DNA from: Macrostomum hystrix
Lineage: Eukaryota; Animalia; Platyhelminthes
Reading direction: 5' to 3'
NCBI GenBank assembly: GCA_950097015.1
Contig: CATNEN010000034.1
Span: 6,572,001-6,636,000, forward strand
DNA length: 64,000 nucleotides
Shown: piece after piece, positions 34,353 through 47,406 of the stretch
Numbering within the stretch: position 1 is the stretch's first letter
How the letters are laid out: the number at the start of each line of letters is the position of its first letter
Notes under the pieces: generated by a model
What the model was told of the DNA's origin: nothing
Databases searched by the model: none
The model's input: only the letters and a program-made list of their open reading frames with translations
Made by a program: the position numbers and the translations under genes

Positions 34353-35884
34353 TCAATTGTCATCAGTAACGTAGCCGTTTTGCCTGACAAAATCGGCCAA
34401 AGAGTCGGCCAGCATTGAGCAGTACTCATCGGACACAATGCCAGTCTGCTTGCACCTGACAAAGTCTGGATTCTCCAACTGGATGCAATCCACGTGAGCG
34501 CTGCTGTAGTGGTGTACAGTGTACGCACCTGAGTAGTAATTAGCACCTGGGCCCGGACTGCGGCGACCAGGGCTGGGTACCACGGGGACGCTGCGGCTCT
34601 CCAGGTGGGCGCCGAGACTGCACGGACCCGAGATGAGATCCGCCAAGGACTGGCCGGATCTGGACTGCAGACACTTCAGGGTGCTCTGCTCGGCGACGAA
34701 GTGACCGGAGTCCAACAGGCTACCTTTGATGCCGTAGCCGAGCTCCAGCCATTGCTCGGGGTGGTCCTGCAGACAGGTGGCTGATATGATCTAACTGGAT
34801 TATGACCAACCTGGACTATGACCAAACTGGACTATGACCAACTTAGATTATGAGCGACCTGGATTCTGGCCCACCTGGATTATAGTCAACCTAGATTTTA
34901 CGCTCGTAATCAACCTAGATAATGACCAAACTAGATTATGACAAACCTAGGTTATGACCAACCTAGATTACGACCAACCTTGATTATGACCACCTGGACT
35001 ATGACCAGCTGGACTATGACCGCCTGGATTATGACCAACCTAAATTATGATCAACCAAGATTATTACCAACCTTGATTATGACAAACCTAGATTATGACC
35101 AACCTAGGTTATGACCAACCTAGATTACGACCAACCTTGATTATGACCACCTGGACTATGACCGCCTGGATTATGACCAACCTAAATTATGATCAACCAA
35201 GATTATGACCAACCTAGATTATGATCAACCAAGATTATGACCAACCTTGATTATGACAAACCTAGACTATGACAAACCTAGATTATGACCAACCTAGGTT
35301 ATGACCAACCTAGATTACGACCAACCTTGATTATGACCACCTGGACTATGACCACCTGGACTATGACCAACTTAGATTACGACAATCCTAGAATATGACC
35401 ATTCTAGACTAAGACCGAAACTCACTTGTCCATGAAAGTCTAGCAGCAGCGGATAGCCCCGCCGTCTAGCAGTTGTTTCTTCATCGTCAGGCTGACTGGC
35501 GGCCTGCCGCGTGGCCACATCCAGAGCCGCGCGCACCTTGCCGTGATAAGCCCGGTAGGCGGCAAGAGTAGCGGCAGATTCTGATGAGCAAGCTCTGGCC
35601 TCGCTTCGGTTCATATCCACCTTGATCCGGTCTAAATTGTTGATCACCAGGTGTGCTGCCAGGTGGTGCCGATCTAGCAGCAGCTGTCGAACTCTAATAG
35701 TCAGCGGCGCGACCAGATCATCGTTGCAGACAACAACTCCGGGTTGGCTGGGGTCACGGTCGGGCATGTCAGCCGGGCGAAGATGGCCATCGTGTGGACA
35801 GGTCAGCACCAGTGGACAGGAGCCGGCGATGTACATGACCGGCTGCTGCTGCTGCTGCTGCTGCTCGAAGCCGTTGATAGAGGC
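34353..35884 (-). CDS. N-formylglutamate amidohydrolase-like (FGase/HutG-type) Zn-hydrolase
   Basis: Exons 35884 (acceptor; first ATG at 35836)-35426 and 34766-34353. Motifs LTCPHDG, HLVINNLDRIKVDMNR, AYRAYHGKV, LLLDFHGQ|DHPEQWLELGY, YYSGAY and CIQLE resemble the bacterial-type FGase family. Confidence 0.75.
34795..35405. repeat. FGase-like intronic 17-bp GATTATGACCAACCTAG array
   Basis: Direct reading of the sequence. Confidence 0.93.
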
Positions 35885-35999
35885 CTGCTATAAGGTTTGT
35901 TTATCGACACTTTAATAGCAAAACTGATATTTTACTAGACAAACTCGTAGTCAAAAGGAGGTTTATGAGCATGAAGACAGGGAGAATGTTGAGTCACTG

Positions 36000-36730
36000 A
36001 AAGTAGAGAGAGGATTAAGAGAGTAGAGACAGGATTGAGAGAGTAGAGACAGGATTAAGAGAGTAGAGACAGGATTAACAGAGTAGAGACAGGGTTAAGA
36101 GAGTAGAGACAGGATTAAGAGAGTAGAGACAGGATTAAGAGCTGGTAGAGACAGGATTAAGAGAGTAGAGACAGGATTGAGAGAGTAGAGACAGGATTAA
36201 GAGAGTAGAGACAGGATTAAGAGAGTAGAGACAGGATTAAGAGCTGGTAGAGACAGGATTAAGAGAGTAGAGACAGGATTAAGAGAGTAGAGACAGGATT
36301 AAGAGAGTAGAGACAGGATTAAGAGAGTAGAGACAGGATTAAGAGCTGGTAGAGACAGGATTAAGAGCTGGTAGAGACAGGATTAAGAGAGTAGAGACAG
36401 GATTAAGAGAGTAGAGACAGGATTAAGAGCTGGTAGAGACAGGATTAAGAGCTGGTAGAGACAGGATTAAGAGAGTAGAGACAGGATTGAGAGAGTAGAG
36501 ACAGGATTAAGAGAATAGAGACAGGATTAAGAGCTGGTAGAGACAGGATTAAGAGAGTAGAGACAGGATTAAGAGAGTAGAGACAGGATTAAGAGAGTAG
36601 AGACAGGATTAAGAGCTGGTAGAGACAGGATTAAGAGCTGGTAGAGACAGGATTAAGAGAGTAGAGACAGGATTAAGAGAGTAGAGACAGGATTAAGAGC
36701 TGGTAGAGAGATGATTAAGAGAGTAGAGTC
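36000..36730. repeat. 20/22-bp GAGAGTAGAGACAGGATTAA array
   Basis: Direct reading of the sequence. Confidence 0.96.
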
Positions 36731-38164
36731 TCAATCTAAATATTTAACTAAGGAATTGCAAATGAACAATGCTGAAGTCCTATAAAGGTAGGAAGGTAGG
36801 AAAATGGTATATATTTCAATTAACTTTGGTGCAGTTAAGAGGGAACTGAAAAAATGTGCGTAGGAAAAATAAAGGAAAAAAACAAAAAATGGAAAGGGAA
36901 CACTTGTACTGATATTTGGTTTGCCGCATAGCAACCAAGAATCACTTTTTGTTTTAAAGTGAAACGGAAACAACAGAAGTCAAGATTTTTCTGCAACTCA
37001 TTTCAACTCCTCGGTTGCTATGCGGCAGGGAAGCGTTAAAAAATGAAAATAAATTTTAATCTATTAATCAGATAAATGAAACAGCAGGTAAATGTTCTAA
37101 TTAAATAAATGTCAGAAGGCTATCAAATCTCAAATTTCAATTATGTGTAGAAAAGAAGAAAAACCACATTAGAAGATATAATATCTATAGTTAAAGGCGC
37201 ACCTATATAGCCATTGTGCAGTGTAAAAACTGTCAACAGTGAACATGATCGCTGAAAATAATTGTAATAGAAAACAATTACTGTGGCTTTGAAGCTATTC
37301 ACAAAAATAAAATTTTCTGCCGTGCCAATGGAAGAAAAATATTGTCCTTGCTTTGAAATCTAATTATCTGAGAATACAGAAAATGGTTTGATTAATTTAA
37401 ATTCGCGCCAATTCAGTGCGTTATAAAAAATGGTGCGTTAACTTTTAAATGTCATACTGCTTCTAAAATAGTTTCCTGGAGTAGCATTTTCCTAGAAAAC
37501 AAATCGTCTCAACGAAAAACACAATCAGACAAAAAAGTAAGAAACTCGCGGCAACATTCTAAGAAAATCTTGGTTTCTTAGAAATAACGATTTCTCATCT
37601 TCACAAACGAAGATCGAAAATAGCGACAGATAATGTCGAAAAGGGATCAAAATCGAAAATAAAACAAGAAAAACTGGCTCAAGAAAGGTCTCACAGTGAG
37701 GCTGCAGGCGTGGGAAACTTGGAATAAATCGCTAGTAGAAAAGGAAAAAAGTAACAATATTTAAAGCAATACTAAATAAAAAGATGCAAATACTTGATAG
37801 AGGGGATAACAACCTTTGCTTTGATATGAACAATGTATAATAAATAGTCACGGTTATTTTATTCCATTCAAGTTAATCTAGTCAGTTAGAGTACATTTAG
37901 TGGAATATTAAATGGGCTAATTCGATAAATAGGTCAACTAACATATTAAATCAGTCACATCTCTCCTATTTTTTACAAAATTAATGAAAAAAACTCGAAA
38001 GCTTTGTATAACTTTCTAAGAAAACATGGAACAGAAATAAAAGGCACTTCGATACAAGGGCAATGAAACTCTCGGTCGAAATAGTCATTTACTGTCTGTT
38101 GCTAGCCTGGGAACAAATTGCGAGGGAAAATATGATGCATAAAGGACGAGGGAGAAATTGTGAG

Positions 38165-38910
38165 CGGCAGAAGGCGAGGGATAGAGGGCGAGGGGCAGAA
38201 AGCGAGGGGTAGAAGGCGAGGGGCAGGAGGCGAGGGGTAGAAGGCGAGGGGCAGGAGGCGAGGGGTAGAAGGCGAGGGGTACAAGGTGAGGGGAAGAAGA
38301 CATGAAAATAATAGCGGGAAAATGGTGACGGAGAAACAGCGTGGAAAATTTCGAGGGATAAATGGAGAGGGACGAAAGGCGAGGAACGAATGGCAAAGGA
38401 ACGAATGGCGAGGGACGAATGGCGAGGGACAAATGGCGAAGGAGGACGAATAGCAAGGGAGTAATGGCGAGGGACGAATGGCGAGGAAGTAATGGCGACG
38501 GACGAATGGTGACGGAGTCATGGCGAGGGACAAATGGCGAGGGGAGAAAGGCGAGGGACGAATGGCGAGGGACAAATGGCGAGCGACGAATGGCGAGGGG
38601 CGAATGGCGAGGGACGAATGGCGAGGGACGAATGGCGAAGGAGGACGAATGGCGAGGGATTAATGGCGAGGGACGAATGGCGAGGAAGTAATGGCGAGGG
38701 AGTAATGGCGAGGGACGAATGGTGAGGGAGTCATGGCGAGGGACAAACGGCGAGGGGAGAAAGGCGAGGGACGAATGGCGAGGGACGAATGGCGAAGGAG
38801 GACGAATGGCGAGGGACGAATGGCGAGGAAGTAATGGCGAGGGAGTAATGGCGAGGGACGAATTGTGAGGGAGTCATGGCGAGGGAGTCATGGCGAGGGA
38901 CGAATGGCGA
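38165..38910. repeat. 14-bp AATGGCGAGGGACG-type array
   Basis: Direct reading of the sequence. Confidence 0.9.
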
Positions 38911-39023
38911 GGGAAAATTTTAATTCAACAATGAGAAGCGATAAATGGGGAAGGAAGATCCGAATCCAATGCCCGTCTCTAAAGTGCAAGTCAACTAAAG
39001 TGCAACAGATGCAAGCGGCCAAC

Positions 39024-42000
39024 TCAGCAGCCGGGCTTCTGTTCGGCGGGCGCCAGAAGCAGCGGGTCCCTCAGCCGCCTCATGTCGCTCTCCAGCTGTG
39101 CAATCTGGTCTCTGAGGCTGTTGTATTGCTCGATGTCAAACTTCACCTTGGCGGCGTCGGAGTGAAACTTTTTGAGATATTCGCGATCCCACACTTGCGG
39201 AAATGTGTACTCCTGAGCAATGGAATGAGTGGGAATAATGTAAAATGTACTCAGTTATCAGACAGGTACTAATGTGCGTCATTATTCAATACTAAAAGGA
39301 ACTAAGTCACTCCACAATTCTGAGTCACTAGGTACTAGGTCCATTAAAACATGTGCACTCTGTCACTCTAAACAGGTGCACTCTGTCACTCTAAACAGGT
39401 GCACTCTGTCACTCTAAACAGGTGCACTCTGTCACTCTAAACAGGTGCACTCTGTCACTCTAAACAGGTGCACTCTGTCACTCTAAACAGGTGCACTCTG
39501 TCACTCTAAACAGGTGCACTCTGTCACTCTAAACAGGTACACTCTGTCACTCTAAACAGGTGCACTCTGTCACTCTAAACAGGTGCACTCTGTCACTCTA
39601 AACAGGTACACTCTGTCACTCTAAACAGGTGCACTCTGTCACTCTAAACAGGTACACCGTGTTACAAAAATGCTGCAGACTGACTCTTGCAAAAAAATCC
39701 TCCTTACAAGCGTCAGTCTAGCTGGCAAAAAAAGCAATAAGACCCACCTGTTTAGTAATGACATAGTAGGCATAGGCCACCATCACGGTGCCATAGCCAA
39801 CAAAGTAGATCACGGGCTCCATAATGTCCCAGCTGTATTCCCACCAGGTCAGCCTGGCCAGAAAGCCGAACTGCAGGCCCATGAAGGACAGGCCGAGCCA
39901 GGTGAGAGCCCGAGTGCGCTGCGAGGCCCGGTTGGCCAGCTGGATGCGCACCTGGCAACACGGCAGGGAACAAGTCGGATTGGGGGACCAGAGAGATATT
40001 GAGACACAGCATTACATCACAGACAGCAGATCACATACAGCAGCAGATAACACAGCAGCAGATCACACACAGCATTACATGACACACAGCATTACATCAC
40101 AGACAGCAGATCACACACAGCATTACATCACAGACAGCAGATCACACACAGCATTACATCACAGACAGCAGATCACACACAGCATTACATCACAGACAGC
40201 AGATCACACACAGCTTTACATCACAGGCAGCAGATCACACACAGCTTTACATCACAGACAGCAGATCACACACAGCATTACATCATTACATCACAGACAG
40301 CAGATCACACACAGCTTTACATCACAGGCAGCAGATCACACACAGCTTTACATCACAGACAGCAGATCACACACAGCATTACATCATTACATCACAGACA
40401 GCAGATCACACACAGCTTTACATCACAGACAGCAGATCACACACAGCTTTACATCACAGACAGCAGATCACACACAGCTTTACATCACAGACAGCAGATC
40501 ACACACAGCTTTACATCACAGACAGCAGATCACACACAGCTTTACATCACAGACAGCAGATCACACACAGCTTTACATCACAGACAGCAGATCACACACA
40601 GCTTTACATCACAGACAGCAGATCACACACAGCTTTACATCACAGACAGCAGATCACACACAGCTTTACATCACAGGCAGCAGATCACACACAGCTTTAC
40701 ATCACAGACAGCAGATCACACACAGCATTACATCATTACATCACAGACAGCAGATCACACACAGCTTTACATCACAGGCAGCAGATCACACACAGCTTTA
40801 CATCACAGACAGCAGATCACACACAGCTTTACATCACAGACAGCAGATCACACACAGCTTTACTTCACAGGCAGCAGATCACACAGTAGATTCCATACAG
40901 AAGTTAGACGCAGACACTAGAATGATATGCTCACATCCTCCAACGGTTGAATTTGTCGCCGAAGCTCAGCCAGCCGGTCGCCCAGCTGACTCTCGCGTGC
41001 CTCCTGAAACTGCCGAACTCCCAGTCCGGTGTACAACTGGGCGATGCTGTTTCGCACCTCGTCCAACTGCTGCTGCTGCGGCTGCAGTTGAGTGCTAGCG
41101 GATTCAGTGAGCACGGCAGGTGCAGCTACATCGTAACGAGACTCGTTCAGTTGGACTTGAAAGCCGCCACTTTTCAGCAGACTCTCAATTGGATCCGAGC
41201 TGGCTATGCGAATACCTTCTGTGCTCAAAAGGGTTGCGGGAGGGTTCATTGACTGCTGAGAAACTGTTTTTTAGAGCTTTTCTACTCCTCTATGTACACA
41301 GAGGAGCCGCATTTACTCTTCTTTATTGTACGAGTACATTGGGCAGCCAACATTTCTATCCCTTCGTGTACATTGGGCAGCCAACATTTCTATCCCTTCG
41401 TGTACATTGGGCAGCCAACATTTCTATCCCTTCGTGTACATTGGGCAGCCAACATTTCTATCCCTTCGTGTACATTGTGCAGCCAGCATTTCTATTCATG
41501 TACGTTGGGCAGACAGCATTTCTATCCCTTCATGTACATTGGGCAGCAAGTATCCCCATCCCTCTTTAAGTACGTTGAGCAGCCAGCTGTGTACATTAAG
41601 CAGTCAAATTACTTATTAAGGTCTACTCATCAATAATTTCTCTCGTTATTATAATTTGATCTTATGATTTAAATTTCGACACCGCTTTCTTTCATTTCAA
41701 AGCGAAATGCGCATCAGGCTACTTATCCTATGATTAGTAGAAAGTATGGCGCACCTCTAGTATAGAAGGCTACCATTTCAAGGCCGCGATCCTCCTCTCG
41801 AACGCAGCCAATCAGATCGCCCACTGTGTCCGTCAGCGGCTTGAGTGTGAACTGGCAGGCGGCTCCGCCGCGACCCGGAAGTGGCAGCCGAAAGCGCGGC
41901 AGGCCGGCTTCAAAGACGAGACTGGCCTGAGAGGCCACCTGGCTGCTGCAGTAGCTGCGTCGGCTTTCTAACGAAAATGGTTGCCAGGCAACGGATGTCA

Positions 42001-42061
42001 CAACAGCCACTTGCAAATGGCGATGGTGCAGGCGAAAATGCTGCCAGCAACGATTGAGCAT
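39024..42061 (-). CDS. MCU: Mitochondrial calcium uniporter, 327 aa
   Basis: Exons 42061-41755, 41218-40935, 39951-39748, 39212-39024 (984 nt). Has the signature [17 protein letters not shown] between two TM helices, coiled coils, and an Arg-rich N-terminal presequence. Confidence 0.96.
39355..39657. repeat. MCU intron 3 minisatellite, 23-bp CTCTGTCACTCTAAACAGGTGCA x13
   Basis: Direct reading of the sequence. Confidence 0.97.
40005..40885. repeat. MCU intron 2 minisatellite, 31-bp ACATCACAGACAGCAGATCACACACAGCTTT
   Basis: Direct reading of the sequence. Confidence 0.96.
41330..41600. repeat. MCU intron 1 minisatellite, 34-bp CTTCGTGTACATTGGGCAGCCAACATTTCTATCC
   Basis: Direct reading of the sequence. 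Confidence 0.92.
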
Positions 42062-44744
42062 GGCCAACTAATCTAGCGATAAACTGGCTGAAAAACTGTG
42101 ATTTTTGCATATAAAAATCAAATAGTAGGCGTGCTGTACTTATGTTGTGCATAACACTAAAAAGGTATTGTACTAAAATAATAGCTAGTCAATATATAGG
42201 AATCGTTTCTAACAAACAATTTGATAATCAGTAAACTAGATTCCTGTGAGACAAAGTTAGAAGAAAAGAAATCATCTCAATTGTTGTATTTAAATATTAG
42301 AAAAGGGTTATAGCATTACAATAGAAAATTAGTATTTGTGCATATACATAACATGGCTTGGAGTTAGCTTTTTCAGATAATAACTGTCATTCTAATTCTG
42401 AGGAAAATAAAAAATTAAATATTAATATAAGGAAATTCATTTGTATTCTGCTAGTCTTTGCTAGTTTGACTTGAATAATATAATTGGTTGCTTTAGCTCT
42501 GTCCAGAGGAAAAAAATAGTGAGAACACTCAGACCAAAGACTGATTCATTCAAAAAAAACTCTGAATGAAAATATTTATTAAGATAATAGAGTACTTTTT
42601 TTCTAGGTTCATTTTTCCATGCGCTCATAGATTTACATTTTACAGATTTACTGCTAAAGTAGCTGCAAAAAAACAATATATTCTTGGCAGTTAAAGTTAG
42701 AATTTTCCACCAGTAAATTATGTCATATGCTAGAAACAACTTATAGCTAACATCTAGAAATCGTAGTAACATCTAGAAATCCCATAATTGAGCAACAATA
42801 GTATTTTTTATTTTGTAATCTATATAGTAAATTTCAGGTTCTTACAATATATAAATATGTTTACATTCTATATACCTTATTCATTATCTACCTTCCTCTT
42901 TAGCAGTAAATTTGTTCTATTTTCAGTGCAAGATATAAAAATCTAGAGCAAAGTCTCTTTTTTGAAAGCTTAAATTAAATTCTGAACACAATTTATTGAC
43001 AAATACTACAGCTGTGACACATGTAATTGACAGATAAGCACACTGCACAGAGACATTCCTGACAGCATTTATTCCTGACACCAATGGGCATTTAGAAGAA
43101 TAACTTAAGATATTCTATAAATAACTTCGAGACATCAGATTTTCTGGATAAAATTAATCTGTGACCTGACTTGACTTTTTAATAATTCATGAAAATTAAT
43201 CAAGTCGAATTTTTCGATGAACTTATAGATTAACATTTAATAAAGGTTAAGATCCGAAACATTTTAGCGAAAGAAATATTTTAGAAAAAATATTATTAGA
43301 CTGGATACTTTTTATGAAACGCTGCTTAACAATTTCATTCCGCATATATTTGTTTATACGTTCTTATTAAACAAGCTCTCACGAGGCGCCGATTTAGATT
43401 TTGACGGAAATCATATGACATGATCATGATGAACCATGGCAAGCATTCAGATAACATATAAGAACTTAGTAGCACATACTGGCCGTCTGCTGTAATTTTC
43501 TAGTTGTTCTAGTTAAATATCATTTTCTATTCTTAATATAGTAAACTAACTGCATGGGTCTGTAAATTAAAAAGGAACAACTAGTAGTACTTGAACTATT
43601 ATTAGTCGCATATTAGATGTAAGGAATTGGATGATCTAAGATGGGATACTTGTTCTGTGTGGTGTGCATGAGCTAGAGCATCATCAATAAATAGGATGAA
43701 TATATAAGTAACCGGTGCGAGGGTGTCACCTCGCTGCACACAGGTTGTTTCTAAGGTCTCAGTCGGATCCGTCCAATTTTAAGTAGACTATAGCTTATAG
43801 CCATTGTGCTCCGATACAGGTCAGAGACGGCCCCTCGAGAGGATCGGTGGAACTCTGTAAAGAGCTACGAGCTTAGGAAAAGCCCAAACCGCAGACAAGA
43901 GTCAAAGAAAGCTTTTAAGAAATCCACGTTCTTATTATTTCAGTAGCTGCTTGTTGGCATTAGAGATGACAGCATAGGTGCAATGATTAAGGACCTCTGT
44001 AGTAAACAATACATCGAATACAGAGATCATTTAAGTTTGTCTACAGGCTAGATTTCATGGAAAGGTAACAATATTGAGATAGAAGCATTTCTATAGTCAA
44101 GATATGTTTTCGACAGAGCATGTCCCTGTTAGAAATTGTAGGCCTATACGTTAGATTTCTCGAATAAGATTATTATTGCTACAGCTGCGATGGTCCGAAT
44201 TGCTTGCGACTAGCATACCGTTGATTTTGCACATAGTTTGGCATTTTGTATTAAAGCTTTATTGTCTTACCTAGAGCTTTGTTAGACCCATGACCATTTG
44301 AAAACTAAACGAAAGCAAAAATCATTGGTGATCGACAGCCCTATACTCTATCACATTTCACATGCGATTGCGATTGTGTAAAAGCAACATTCTTCGTAGC
44401 CCAGGGACTTCTAATCTATTTTTAGCAGCTGCTGTTATAATCAAACGACAGGCTTCTCAGTGCCAAAACAGCATCGCTAAAAAACTAAAAAAGTTCGGCT
44501 GTAAAACTCGAAAGCAGACAGAAAATTGGAGCATAATTATCATTTCTCATAACAAAAATAGAAAGAGAGAAATACGGCAAAAGCTACTCGACCTTACATT
44601 GTGTCCGAACTACAATAGAAAGGTGGAAAATAAAAACAGTCAGCTGCATAAACACCGAAGATTCACTGACTGACTCGATCATTTGAGTGAGTCTAAGCCT
44701 ATTTTACTGCAAAACCAAATCCAAGAAGCACAGCGTCTTCAAAA

Positions 44745-47406
44745 ATGGACCTTCTTGATGTTAATCGGTCTCAACAAGGGCAGCTTGGCGACCGGCGGAC
44801 ATCGTCAGCCAGCACTGGCAGGCTTCTTGCACGACGCTGCGCTGCTGCTGGCCTGCCAGCCGCTCACGAGGCAGGTAGCGAAGATCGCCAGAGACGGCCG
44901 GCTAGCGTTTTTGAACTGCGATCGGAGCAACAGCAAGCCGGTGAGGAAGACTGCCAACTTGCATCTAATTATCACCGTTTCACAGTCACATTCCGTGTAA
45001 CTGACGCGCAGGAAATATACTGAGAGCGCAATATTTTGTAGTTCTACTAAACTTGGTCTCTTTGTTTCAGTCGATGTTCGTCGTTCGATTAGCCCGGCCG
45101 ATAGCACTCCCCACAATGAGGTCAGCATTGAAAGCCGAGACACCAGCCGGGACAAAAGAGCGACTAGTACGGAGGCCAGTCCATCAAAGCCACGCTGGGC
45201 CATTCGATCAGTGTCGGTAGTGGCCAAGCCCAGACGATTTTCGACACCGGCATCGCCTATGGCGCTGCAAAGGTCAATGTCGGTTCTGCCACCCGGCAGC
45301 CGACGTCCGAGCGCCGGATCGATCGGCAAGGTCGGCATCAGCTCGTCTAAGCCCTCGTCCGACGTTCCCGACGGGATGCGCCTCGCTGCCGGCTCCAGTC
45401 GCATTGAGGAGCTGGACGAGGTCACGGACAGCGAGAACGACGATGGAGACGACATATTTGCGCCAACCGACGAGCGAGTACAGACAATCGACTTCACGCG
45501 CATTCGCACACAGAGCATCCAGATAACCAAGAATGAGCTGAGGGGAAAAGCAGACAATTTTAAATCTTTAAAACGACAGGTGAAGAACTTCTTTTACGAG
45601 AGTCGGACGGAACCAATGACGGATGAGCAGGGCAACGTGGAGCTGCCAATGTATCCGTGTGTTCAGTCCAGAGACGACCACGACTCGGGCCTGCTCACCA
45701 GCCAGCGCTTGTTCCGCCTGGCCAGGCACGAGCAGCTGGAGCTCCAGGACCGCAGCACACAGCACAAGCGGCAGCGCCACGAGCCAGGAGAGACCGTGGA
45801 CGACTACGAGTTTGCATGGATTGTGAAACGCGCCTCTCAGAGTCCCGTGGCCGCTGCCGCCAGCAGCACTGCCAGCGACGGACACCACGATGACACCGAG
45901 GACGGAATTGAGAAGCAGAGCAAAAGGCACACCACCGGCAATACGTACAAATCGAAGGTTGGCTCCAACACAGTTGAATTTCGTGAACGCGTGGACGCAT
46001 TTCTGCGAATAAAGAAGAAGACCTCTGTGGGAAATCGCAGCGACTACCTGCTGGAATCGGAGCATGCGAGAGCGCGCAGGGCTCAGCTTCTGGGGTTGTA
46101 CGGCCTGGTTGAGGCGCCCACAAGTGATGCACTTAGCGAGGAGGAGCGAGGAATGCTGAGGGCGTTTCTATTGGAACGGTATCATGACCCCACCGATAAT
46201 GGTGGAACAGTAGAAGAGAGATTCCCGTGTAACTGCTGCGGCCCAGATAATGCGCCCGTGGTCGAATCTCGCTATTCGACGGCCAGGTACTACTACGACT
46301 TGCTGTTTGCCAATCGCAAGAACGACAGCTTCACGGTGAGATTCGATCTGGTGCACTGCCTGCCCAGGTTCCTGCTGCACTACAAGTTCCATAAGCGGCT
46401 CTACGACTGTCTGGACGCAACAGAGCGCCAAGACCTTGTCAAGGCGGCAACAGACATTGTGCTGAGCTACAACCTCAACCACTGCACGCTGCAGATGCCC
46501 TACGGCAAGTACCGAACCAATGCTTTCCCGGCATTCTTCGTGTACATCATCGTGCCGGATCCTGCCAGATACCTGGAGATCTTCGAGGTCTGCAATCCGC
46601 CAGTCAAACCCGGTGAGCGCCAGAAGAAAAACAGCTGCGCGATCCCCAACTGGCCAGACAAGAGCTATGTGACCGAGTTCTGGACCTACTCCAAGGAGAG
46701 CTCCAGCCCGAGCGACAAGGACCCGCGCCTGGCGTCCAGCCTGTACGAGAAGAACGTCAGGCGGAAGCTGCAGCTGGTCCAGATGCCGGAGCTGCTGGTG
46801 ACCCGCCGGAACCCACCGCCGGAGCTCGCTATGCACAGAAGGAGGTCAGCTCGCCAGCAGAGGGGAGACTTCGATATCTTCGAGGACTTTGTGCTCATCC
46901 CGCATCAGGAGCTGCCGATGCTGGGCTTCGGCTCAGTGCAGCATCCGGCGCACGCATCGGACTCGCGGTCTGGACTGTCGGACATCAAGTTCCTGGACAG
47001 GCTGCTGCACGCGATGAACTCGTACGTGAGGAAGCACGTCAACACCCGGCAGAGGCGCCTGGATGGCAAGGAGGACCTCAGCTGCACCGTGAACCTCAGC
47101 CTGCAACACAGCTACGCTTTTAAGGGCCACCAGCGGGTGTACGGCTTCATCGGCTTCCCGCCCGCCTCCACATTCTGGACTGCGCTGGCCGAGGAGCAGC
47201 GGCAGAACGCCGCCCTGGCGGAGGCCGCCGTTACCCATGAGGACATCCGGCAGCTGTGCCCGACAACGGCACGCAAGGAGAGAGAGGAAGGTACTTCTGA
47301 AACTGGCGGCAGAGTAGCTGCGACTGCGGCATCCGTCAAGTCCGAAGGCTCGGATGATTTGATCGATGCCATGCGGGAGAAGCTGAATTCCTGCTGCATT
47401 CTGTAG
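44745..47406 (+). CDS. Uncharacterised protein, about 843 aa
   Basis: Exon 44745-44940 (donor CCG|GTGAGG, phase 1) joins 45071-47406 (acceptor TTTGTTTCAG|) in frame. It has a 2.3-kb stop-free GC-rich exon with codon style like the neighbouring genes. I recognise no family motif, and the start codon is uncertain. Confidence 0.75.

Noticed and set aside
43690-43920. GC-richer island upstream of the unknown gene, possible element end or ncRNA
   Set aside because: I found no second copy, TSD, ORF or recognisable RNA motif.
44805-46836. Long antisense ORFs (250, 165, 222 aa) over the unknown gene
   Set aside because: These are the expected shadow ORFs of GC-rich coding sequence, with no independent motifs.
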